From NCBI GenBank assembly GCA_051294375.1, contig JBJCIZ010001379.1:1-16078 (forward strand): 16,078 bases of DNA. Reading direction: 5' to 3'. Source of the stretch: Paraspadella gotoi (Eukaryota; Animalia; Chaetognatha). This document shows, one piece after another, positions 1 to 8,589 of this stretch. A program made the position numbers and the translations under genes. The notes under the pieces were generated by a model. The model did not search any database. It had not been told where the DNA came from and saw only the letters and a program-made list of their open reading frames with translations. The stretch's first letter is position 1. Each line of letters opens with the position of its first letter.

Positions 1-144
1 CAAAACAATTCATATTTAACGCCAAAGATTCCCTGCAACGTCGCCATGAAAGATCTTTCAATATTTGCAACGTCTTAGAACTCTAACGTTACAGTTGCCA
101 CGGTACTTCGTCACGCTGTTGCTGGCCTCAGTCACCAGGCCACA
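1..144 (+). repeat. 5' LTR (3' part only)
   Basis: Matches 5890-6031 apart from six 1-bp indels; ends ...GGCCACA directly before the TGG of the PBS. Confidence 0.95.
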
Positions 145-158
145 TGGTGAACCCGTCG
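145..158 (+). promoter_or_regulatory. Primer binding site, tRNA-Trp-like
   Basis: TGGTGAACCCGTCG immediately after the LTR CA; 12/14 match to the canonical tRNA-Trp PBS TGGTGACCCCGACG. Confidence 0.8.
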
Positions 159-342
159 ACGAACAAGACCGACCGACTGAAGGAACGAGTAAAAGGGGAC
201 CAGCGGATCAAAACCTTCTCTGAGGTGAGATTGGGTGGGAATGAATTGAATTAGCTGTGTAGCCTCCCAATCTGCTCACGCTTTTTCTCCTCCCTATCCC
301 CAAAACCCCAAATACTCGACGAGATCAACAGCGACGCCATCG

Positions 343-1428
343 ATGAGCGGACAGGACCTACGTTCTCGACTCCGTTCCGCCCATCGCGACGTCGAGGCCC
401 AGCCAGGCGATTCAGCAAGACTACAAATACCTTTCGGATTTGGACGAGGCAGGAGATCGAAATCTAACTCGCCAGTCTACGCTGACGCTGCTCCCGCTTT
501 CGAATTTCCACAACCCGACGCCGACACCTTCGAGGACGCCGTCATGGCGACCGGCGGCGCCGCGGAAAGAAATCTACGCGATGAAAACGACGAGCTGCGT
601 GCAGCACTCGCCGCGGCAACCCGCGCGCTCGAACGTGCCTCTAACAGGAAGCCAGACCTGCCGGAATTCGACACCAGCAATATAGAGGTCTGGATCAAGC
701 GAGTGGAGGCCGCGTATACTCGCGCGGGCATAACCTCTCCCAGGAACAAATTCGCGCACCTGGAATCAAAAATAGGTATAAACGTGGACGCCAAGATAAA
801 TCAATATCTTTTTGGCGAAGCCAGCGAGCAAGCTTGGACGGACTTTATCTCCTATTTACGACACGAATATGGTCTGACACGTCGTCAGCAGGCCGCCGCC
901 ATTCTGGATTCATTCGACGTCGGCGGCGTTAAGCCGTCGAGAATGTTAGCGCAGCTTGAAGAGAAAACTAAAACTCTTTCTCTCGACGACGTCAGAAAGG
1001 AAAAGGTGCTACGCGAATTGCCAAACGACATCCGCCGTCAGCTCGAAGAGAAAGCCGACGATCTCACCGCCAGCGAACTATGTCAAATCGCTGATCGTCA
1101 TTTCGAGAGCGACGGCAGCCTGAAAATCCGCCAGACGACATCTACTATCAATAACGTCAATCGCCGCCAAAACGAGCAAGGCGAAACGGATTCAGACGAC
1201 GACGAGGCGATCAACGCCGTTGATAGGCATCCACGAAAACATGGAAACGGAAAACGACGCCCCTTGCCGACTCACAAGAACAAAGCAAAGCCAAAACTGA
1301 CGACTTTATGCGCCAAGCATATCAAATTCGGCGATGACGCCTGGGCATGCGATCCAGGCTGCGCCCGTTTCGACGAAATGCAAGCGAAAAAGAAAGAGGG
1401 AAACGCGAAAGGGGGACGACGCAAGTGA
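343..1428 (+). CDS. gag: Gag protein of CsRn1-type retrotransposon
   Basis: 361-aa ORF after the PBS; capsid-like LPEF..IEVWIKRVEAAY...GIT segment; C-terminal CAKHIKFGDDAWACDPGC = C-x2-H-x9-C-x3-C at 1309-1362. Confidence 0.92.
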   Translation: MSGQDLRSRLRSAHRDVEAQPGDSARLQIPFGFGRGRRSKSNSPVYADAAPAFEFPQPDADTFEDAVMATGGAAERNLRDENDELRAALAAATRALERASNRKPDLPEFDTSNIEVWIKRVEAAYTRAGITSPRNKFAHLESKIGINVDAKINQYLFGEASEQAWTDFISYLRHEYGLTRRQQAAAILDSFDVGGVKPSRMLAQLEEKTKTLSLDDVRKEKVLRELPNDIRRQLEEKADDLTASELCQIADRHFESDGSLKIRQTTSTINNVNRRQNEQGETDSDDDEAINAVDRHPRKHGNGKRRPLPTHKNKAKPKLTTLCAKHIKFGDDAWACDPGCARFDEMQAKKKEGNAKGGRRK

Positions 1429-4400
1429 ACTCGGCCGTCCCCCAGGATTCCAATCGTTCACCGGCCGCCAATGATCTCATCTACATTCGCGACGCCGGGA
1501 ATGGAACCAAATGGCTAGTTGATGGAGGCGCTCTGTTATCGATCATTCCTCCGACAAAGCAACAGCGCAGTAACGGACCCGACCAAATGATGAAGCTCCA
1601 GGCAGCTAACGGGTCAGCTATAGATTGCTATGGCACTATAGAAAAAACTGTGCAACTCGGAGACCGAAAATTCGATTATACATTCGTGGTAGCGGATGTT
1701 AAACAAAACATTCTCGGAGCAGACTTTTTGGCAGAAAATTATCTTGCCCCTAATCACCGAGATGGCCTCTTGATAGACCTGCGCAACTACTCTACTATAG
1801 CAGCATCAACGTCAACTGAAACGGCAGCTCATGTAAACTTTGTAGATCGCAAAGGGGAAAAATACTATAAGCTTTTGGAATCATTCCCATCACTATCGAC
1901 GCCTACCTTCGAGATGAAGGAACCAAAGCATGGAGTCACTCACTCCATCCCGACTGAGGGACGTCCATGCCAGGCACGCGCGCGTCGTCTCGACGCAGAA
2001 AAACTTGCAGTGGCCAAAAGGGAATTAGAAAAAATGGTTTCCCTGGGAATCGCTCAAAGGGGAAAATCAGAGTGGTCGTCACCTCTCCACGTCGTGGCTA
2101 AGCCCGACGGTGGATGGAGGTGTTGTGGCGACTACAGACGCCTGAATGCCCAGACTGTAGAGGACCGATATCCTGTCAAACTACTCACGGATTTTAACTC
2201 CCAGTTGGAAGGCAAAACAATATTCTCGAAGATAGATTTGTTGAAAGGCTATCATCAAATCCCGGTAAACCCAGAGGATATAAAAAAAACCGCTGTGATA
2301 ACGCCTTTCGGGTTGTATGTCTTCCCTCGTTGCCCATTTGGGCTTAAGAATGCTGGTCAAGATTTCCAGCGGCTAATGGACCAGATTCTTGGAGACATAC
2401 CCCACACATTTGTCTATCTCGACGACATCCTCGTCGCGTCAACAACTCCAGAGGAGCACTTACAAGACCTAGAACGCGTCTTCAAGGCGTTGGACGAGAA
2501 TGGTCTGGTCGTGAATACGAAAAAGTGTCTCCTAGGCCAAGACTCACTGGAGTTTTTAGGATTCCTCGTTGACAAGAACGGCGTCAGGCCTTTACCCGAG
2601 CGAGTCAGAACTCTCCAAGAAACTACTCGCCCAACATCGATCAAGGAATTACAGCGATTCCTTGGTATGATCAATTATTATCGCAGATTCATACCGAGGG
2701 TCGCTCATCGATGTTCACCCTTGTACGAGGCGCTTAGTGGCAAACCGAAATCACTGACATGGACAGAAGACTGCGAGAAGGCATTTACCGCCATAAAAGA
2801 AGGCTTGATATCCGCAGCTTTATTGCATCATCCACGCACTGGAGCGCAACTATGCGTCACCACAGACGCCTCAGACAACGCCGTAGGCGCAGTGCTGGAA
2901 CAGAGAGGACCCAAGGGTTGGGAACCCTTGGCGTTCTTTTCCGCAAAACTGGCGAAAAATCAGAAACTCTGGCCTCCCTTTGATCGGGAGCTTTATGGTG
3001 CTTTTCGCGCAGTTAGGCATTTTCGCCACTGGATTGAAGGCCGAGCTTTTACGCTCTATACAGACCATCAGAGTCTGGTTTCCGCTATCCGAAAAAAATC
3101 AGAACCTCAGACATGTCGACAAGCGTATCAACTCTCAGCTATAGCGGAGTTCACCACTGACGTTCGTTATTTAAAAGGAAAAGCAAACGTAGTGGCCGAC
3201 GCTTTGTCCAGACCGAATAACGTGACAGAAACTTCCTCAACCGAAAAAATCGCGAGTAAAAACGGAAGTAGAGCTACCAACGTCGACCAAGAGGCAGCTA
3301 CCACGCCTAAAAAACCAATCTCCGTCGAAACAGAGCCAAAAAACGAAACTGAGGCTATCAATCACTGCCAAATAGCAGCTACCACGAGCGAAAATAAGCG
3401 TCGCGACTCGAAAACGGAACCAAGCATCAAACCAAGCCGACTGGAGGACGCCAACGCAGTTATTGCATCTCTCACAAGCTACGACATCGACTTCGAGCAG
3501 ATGGCACGCGAACAAGTATTAGACAGCGACTTTCAGAAGATATCAGATGATGCAAGAACCGGACTGAATTTCAGAAAAATTAGAGTCGGCGAGCACGATT
3601 TATTAGCCGACGTTTCTAACGGACCAGCGCGGCCATTCGTCCCTGCAGCATGGCGTCGAAGAGTTTTCGACGTAATTCACGGCTTAGGCCACCCCGGGAT
3701 CGAGGCGACACGCAAAGCAGTCGCGTCAAAATTTGTGTGGACGAATATGCGTCAAGACGTGACAAAATGGACGCGCGATTGTCTGGCTTGCCAAAAGGCA
3801 AAAACCACTCGTCACGTGATACCTGAAATCGGAGATTTCAAAATTCCAGCCCGTCGATTTCAGCATTTGAATTTAGACTTGGTAAAAATGCCAAAATCAA
3901 ATGGCTTCTCTTACCTGCTAACTATCGTCGATAGATTTTCCCGTTGGCCCACGGCGATTCCTATCCAAAATACACTCACCCCGACGATCCTCGATGCGCT
4001 TAGTCTAAATTGGATCAGCGTCTTTGGAACTCCCGCGGTGATCACAACGGATAGAGGCACCCAGTTTATGTCGAACTTATGGCAACAACTAACTAAAAGC
4101 TGGGGCATCAAGCACTCGACAACTACTGCTTACCATCCACAAGCAAATGGCCTCGTCGAGCGATTTCATCGACGCTTAAAAGAATCTCTGATGGCATTAG
4201 GAAAAGACGAGCGAGAAAACTGGTTTTGGAAACTGCCTTTAACCTTGTTAGCAATACGCACGACAGTGAAAGAAGACGTCGGAGCTTCAGCCGCCGAGTT
4301 AGTATTCGGCGAGGGCATCGGCGTCCCCGGCACTCTGCTAGGCGAATGTCAGCTAAACGACAACATCACGAATCAACAACGGCGAAAAAATCTATCAAAA

Positions 4401-5189
4401 CTTCGACTGGAGGTAGCTCGCCTCCAATCACAGCCAACGTCTGCTCACCGAAAGCCACCAGTTCATCTTCCCTCGAATCTCGATTCAGCTAAATATGTTT
4501 TTATTCGACGAGCTGGCGTCCATCCTTCTTTAGTTCCTCCGTATGAAGGACCTTTTCGCGTTGTGAATCGAAACGGATTAAATATGACCGTTGACATACC
4601 AAGCATCGGCAGAGAAACTATTAATATAGCTCGGATTAAGCCAGCTTGGATTAGCGACGACGACAACGACGACGAATGGGAGATCGATAATCCAGAGGCC
4701 GTCCCAGAGAGGAGACCAGGTCGTCGACCTGGATTTCGAACAAGAAAAGCGGCCCCGACAGATCGACAAACTCGATCGATGAATCAGCGCGCAGCTTCGC
4801 CGTCGCCTTCTCGTTCTCCTCCTCCTCCTTCTCTTCCTCCTCGTTCTCCCTCCTCAACCCAAACCTCCCCAAAACACCCCCAGCCCTCCCCCAACACCCC
4901 CCCATCCCCATTATGTTCTTTGTTGCCTTCTTCCCATTCTTCCAGGCCTCAACGCGAAGAGACTCAACCGCGAAAGGAAAAGAACAACAACAACAACGAT
5001 GATCGCGAAAACAAGCGAGATGAGCCAACGTGTAGGTTTTCGCGACCAACGGCAGAGAACTTTTCCAACAACATCCCTCAACGCCCAACATACGCGGTAG
5101 TCCTCAAAGAATTGATCCTTCGGCAAAAGGGCGAAAACAACAACAAGCGGGAGGAAGAAAACAAAAAACAAAATACCCTTACAGCCTAA
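1347..5189 (+). CDS. pol: Pol polyprotein (protease, reverse transcriptase, RNase H, integrase), probably expressed as Gag-Pol by -1 frameshift at ~1398-1404 rather than from ATG 1347
   Basis: WLVDGGA...ILGADFL (PR); PFGLKNA and YLDD at 2415-2426 (RT); TDAS...DRELY...TDH...NVVADALSR (RNase H); HGLGH...CLAC, NLDL/TDRG/VER (DDE) and PYEGPF (integrase); no stops over 1280 codons. Confidence 0.96.
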   Translation: MRSRLRPFRRNASEKERGKRERGTTQVNSAVPQDSNRSPAANDLIYIRDAGNGTKWLVDGGALLSIIPPTKQQRSNGPDQMMKLQAANGSAIDCYGTIEKTVQLGDRKFDYTFVVADVKQNILGADFLAENYLAPNHRDGLLIDLRNYSTIAASTSTETAAHVNFVDRKGEKYYKLLESFPSLSTPTFEMKEPKHGVTHSIPTEGRPCQARARRLDAEKLAVAKRELEKMVSLGIAQRGKSEWSSPLHVVAKPDGGWRCCGDYRRLNAQTVEDRYPVKLLTDFNSQLEGKTIFSKIDLLKGYHQIPVNPEDIKKTAVITPFGLYVFPRCPFGLKNAGQDFQRLMDQILGDIPHTFVYLDDILVASTTPEEHLQDLERVFKALDENGLVVNTKKCLLGQDSLEFLGFLVDKNGVRPLPERVRTLQETTRPTSIKELQRFLGMINYYRRFIPRVAHRCSPLYEALSGKPKSLTWTEDCEKAFTAIKEGLISAALLHHPRTGAQLCVTTDASDNAVGAVLEQRGPKGWEPLAFFSAKLAKNQKLWPPFDRELYGAFRAVRHFRHWIEGRAFTLYTDHQSLVSAIRKKSEPQTCRQAYQLSAIAEFTTDVRYLKGKANVVADALSRPNNVTETSSTEKIASKNGSRATNVDQEAATTPKKPISVETEPKNETEAINHCQIAATTSENKRRDSKTEPSIKPSRLEDANAVIASLTSYDIDFEQMAREQVLDSDFQKISDDARTGLNFRKIRVGEHDLLADVSNGPARPFVPAAWRRRVFDVIHGLGHPGIEATRKAVASKFVWTNMRQDVTKWTRDCLACQKAKTTRHVIPEIGDFKIPARRFQHLNLDLVKMPKSNGFSYLLTIVDRFSRWPTAIPIQNTLTPTILDALSLNWISVFGTPAVITTDRGTQFMSNLWQQLTKSWGIKHSTTTAYHPQANGLVERFHRRLKESLMALGKDERENWFWKLPLTLLAIRTTVKEDVGASAAELVFGEGIGVPGTLLGECQLNDNITNQQRRKNLSKLRLEVARLQSQPTSAHRKPPVHLPSNLDSAKYVFIRRAGVHPSLVPPYEGPFRVVNRNGLNMTVDIPSIGRETINIARIKPAWISDDDNDDEWEIDNPEAVPERRPGRRPGFRTRKAAPTDRQTRSMNQRAASPSPSRSPPPPSLPPRSPSSTQTSPKHPQPSPNTPPSPLCSLLPSSHSSRPQREETQPRKEKNNNNNDDRENKRDEPTCRFSRPTAENFSNNIPQRPTYAVVLKELILRQKGENNNKREEENKKQNTLTA
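1398..1443 (+). promoter_or_regulatory. -1 programmed ribosomal frameshift signal
   Basis: G_GGA_AAC heptamer (1398-1404) phased correctly in the gag frame, 6-nt spacer, then GGGGGACG (1411-1418) pairing with CGTCCCCC (1436-1443); pol is in the -1 frame. Confidence 0.88.
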
Positions 5190-5501
5190 CGCCAACTGCC
5201 GGAGCCTTGTATTTACCCATCTTCCTCCATCAGCGTCCTCGGCGACGACTCCGACAGTTGACACCCCTTATTATCATTACAACGTTATAAATTTTAGAAA
5301 TTTTGTTTGTAAATATTACAAAGATTTTTGAATTTTAGATTTTGGAGTCACTTTTGAAGTCAATTTTGCAATTTTATTTACCCGTTTTTACAACGGAAAT
5401 ATTAATTTTCACAACATACTTTCAAACATTGGCCGACAACATACTAATTTTAATTTTTGCAGATTATTTTGATGAATATATTAGACCATATATTAATTCA
5501 C

Positions 5502-5508
5502 GGGGGGA
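5502..5508 (+). promoter_or_regulatory. Polypurine tract
   Basis: GGGGGGA directly before the TGT start of the 3' LTR. Confidence 0.8.
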
Positions 5509-6031
5509 TGTAGCGATCACTTTAACTCAGAACCTAATCTTTTGTTTTCAAATGGTTTAACCATCGTTCATCAGAGGACTCTCGATTGAATCTTTTAAAC
5601 TTGTTTTTCTCTGTTTACTCTTAATGATTGTTAACTGAATGATTTTCGTCTTGATTTTTGCTACTGAAATAATATCGGACATCTTGAATTAAATATTCTT
5701 ATTCACTTTTACTACAAAAAACGTTTTTATTTCTTCATCCTCAAGTATGAGTTACATTATAAGATAGATGAAACAAAATAAGTGAATCGAATCAAGTATT
5801 GTTCTACCATAATAATGTAAACAAATAAACAATCAATTCTCAATTGATTCGAAACTCAAGTCATTACAATCAATGTAAATAAACTGAATCAAAACAATTC
5901 GATATTTAACGCCAAAGATTCCCTGCAACGTCGCCATGAAAGATCTTTCAATATTTGCAACGTTTAGAACTCTACGTTACAGTTGCACGGTACTTCCGTC
6001 ACCTGTTGCTGGCCTCAGTCACCAGGCCACA
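5509..6031 (+). repeat. 3' LTR (523 bp)
   Basis: Starts TGTAGC after the PPT and ends GCCACA (imperfect terminal inverted repeat); last 142 bp match the 5' LTR; AATAAA at 5824 and 5878; right flank AGGT is a candidate TSD. Confidence 0.9.
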
Positions 6032-6195
6032 AGGTTTTAACCTTTTTTTTTTGTCTGATGGAAATGACAGGGCGAGGGGGCAAGGGGGAGTGGAAGAGGG
6101 AGAGAGCTAAAAAGGAGAAAGTGTGACGGATAGAGAGCGAGTGAAATTTTTGAGAAATATTTTGTTTGGGAGAGACGGGAGGCCGAAAGGCGAGA

Positions 6196-6490
6196 TGTGA
6201 AAGGAGAAAAAAGGCGAAAATTGAAAGGAGGAAGAGAGGGAGGGGAGGGAGTGAGAGAGGAGGGAGGAAAAGAAGGGAGGAGAGAGGAGGAGGAGGAAGA
6301 GAAAGGAGGAGAGAGAGGAGGAGGAGGAAGAGAAGGGAGGAGTGAGAGGGAGAGAGGAGGGAAGAAGAGAAGGGAGGAGTGAGAGGGAGAGGATAAGGAG
6401 TGAAGAGGAGAGGGTAGAGGGGAAATAAATAAATCTGAAAGGAGGAAAGAGAGGAGAAGAAAAGAGAGGAAAAGAAAAGAAGGAGACAAA
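6196..6490. repeat. Polypurine (GGA/GAGA) low-complexity tract
   Basis: About 300 bp almost entirely A/G on the + strand. Confidence 0.85.
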
Positions 6491-7020
6491 AGATTAGGAA
6501 GATTCGTTTAAATATTAGATTAAACTCATGAAAAAAAGAGAAGAAAAAGGAAAGATTTTTTTTCTAAGAGAATTATTGTTTATTAAAACGTTAAATAAAC
6601 AAAATAAATGCAGCCTAAAAGATGATATTTACGGGATAAATTTGTTATTTTAAGTTTCCAGTTGTCAGTATACAAGAACACCATTTATGGAACTTTTTAA
6701 AAAACTATATGAAAACTTGAAAAGAAATAAAACAGATTTTTACTTATTCATACCCTTTTTTAACTAGTTGTCCAAGAATGTTAAAAAAAAAAATCAGCGT
6801 ATAAGAAAAAATTGTAGTTCGGGTTAAGTGAAAGACCTCGATAAATATATCGGTGGCTATGATGCTATGCCTTTTTTAGACGAGTGAATGACAAAACGGA
6901 AAAAAAAACATCAAAAGCGAAACAGACAAAACGCCGATAAAGAATGAAAAATATTCGACGTTGCCTTATGAAAGAAAAAAAAAAAGAAATATCAAAGCCC
7001 TATGAAAACAAATAACAAAT

Positions 7021-7023
<3 letters not shown>

Positions 7024-7078
<55 letters not shown>
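7024..7078. repeat. (AG)n microsatellite
   Basis: Perfect dinucleotide run. Confidence 0.95.
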
Positions 7079-7081
<3 letters not shown>

Positions 7082-7147
7082 TCCGATTCTTTCGCTTCTC
7101 GTTAATGTTCGAAATAAAAAAAAAGTTGGAAAACATTCGAACGCTTT

Positions 7148-7300
7148 TCTCTATCTACTCTCCCTCTCTCTCTCTCTCTCTTTTTTCTCTCTCCCTCTCA
7201 CACTGCCTCTCCCCTTACATTCCCTCTCTGTCTCTATTTCTCTTTTTCTCTCCCGTCATCGATGCGAAAACAGAAAAAATCGATAACAAAGCAAAATAAA

Positions 7301-7347
<47 letters not shown>

Positions 7348-7381
7348 GAGAAGAGAAGAGAGAGGAGGAGAGAGAGAGAGA
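7148..7381. repeat. Imperfect (CT)n tract (~7148-7250) and (AG)n tract (7309-7381)
   Basis: Visible dinucleotide runs. Confidence 0.85.
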
Positions 7382-8106
7382 TTCTCTTTCTTTTTTTATT
7401 TTCATTTTTTTAATCCGATAACAAATCAGAGTCCATTCACCTCACGCATTTCGATCGGCCTTTCACGCTGCTTTCCCAATTAACCTATCTGATGCCTCAT
7501 CAATACTCTCCTCTCTCTCTGCTCTCTTCTCTCCTCTCCTTCTCTCTCTCCTCTTGAAACAACCGAGACCGTCCTTTTAATCTCCCGATGCAAATTCTTA
7601 TACACCTTCAGATAAAACAATTTTTTTCAGATAGACTAATATTTATACATCTGGTAAAAGAAAATAGATTTTTTAAAATTATCACATTTTTAGCACTCTA
7701 AAAAGTAACAATAAAAGTTATTTTATGCCTTTTTTTTCTTTTTTCCTCTCTCTTCCCCTCTTCCGCTTTTATTAATTTCTTTTGAATCGAAATTCAATTT
7801 TCTCCTATCAACTTTTCTAATTTTTCCCCCAAATAGCATTTTTTTAAACTTTTTTTTCAAATCAACAAACGAACGACGAAGATGATGATAATTATTTATA
7901 TAATTTCACTGACCTGGTTATTGTAAACTTTATTAAATTAGCTGTCTTGAAAAAAGAGATCAGATCTGTGTCCCGGACCTAATACGCCCGCACACGCACA
8001 GATTGATGTGCATCGAGTGTCGGGCCCGGATAATACCTACTGAGTTAGCATTTTTTTTAAAGAATTTTATTCCACTCACGAACGTAAAACTGACATTTTC
8101 GGGTTC

Positions 8107-8147
8107 TTTCTCTCTCTCTCTCTCTCTCCTCTTCTTCTCTCTCTTCT

Positions 8148-8183
<36 letters not shown>

Positions 8184-8589
8184 AAGAATCCGGCCTTCAG
8201 GGACAGTCGCGGCCTTCTTGGGGTCGGCAAACCAATAAACTTTACGCCCAACTCTATAAATCTCTTTCCTTTTACGTCGTAGTCGTCCTTTTTTTTCTGG
8301 ACCCGGAGCTAGAGAGAGAGAGAGAGGAGGAGAGAGGAGAGAGAGAGAGAGAGAGAGGAGAAGAGAGAGAGAGAGAGGAGAGAGGCGAGTGCGTAAAACA
8401 GAAAAAGGGAGAAATGATGTGCATTTTTTAAAACTTTTTCGTTTCGTCGTTTAGGGATTAAGTGTTTGAATGGGGACGGGTGTTTGAGCTGGGGCGATGA
8501 GAGGAGAGGAGAGACGACGCAGAGGAGAGAGCTCAGAGAGAGAGAGAGAGAGAGGAGAGGATGATAGAGAGAGCTAGGAGAGAGAGAGA
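8107..8589. repeat. (CT)n 8107-8181, (AG)n 8311-8383 and imperfect (AG)n 8499-8589
   Basis: Visible dinucleotide runs. Confidence 0.85.

Larger units (their letters stand above)
1..6031 (+). mobile_element. Ty3/gypsy LTR retrotransposon, CsRn1 clade, intact (5' LTR truncated by the window edge)
   Basis: Direct repeats 1-144 and 5890-6031; PBS at 145; gag followed by pol with PR-RT-RH-IN order; PPT at 5502-5508; Gag Cx2Hx9Cx3C (CHCC) motif and tRNA-Trp-like PBS, both typical of the CsRn1 clade. Confidence 0.95.

Noticed and set aside
4650-5189. Chromodomain at the integrase C-terminus
   Set aside because: No chromodomain-like aromatic pattern (e.g. YLVKW); the sequence is low complexity
440-5264. 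Short alternative-frame and antisense ORFs overlapping gag and pol
   Set aside because: No recognisable motifs; expected as shadows of GC-balanced coding sequence
5342-5560. 72-aa hydrophobic ORF after pol as a possible env or ORF3
   Set aside because: Starts at TTG, lies in AT-rich 3' UTR, crosses the PPT into the LTR, and shows no env features
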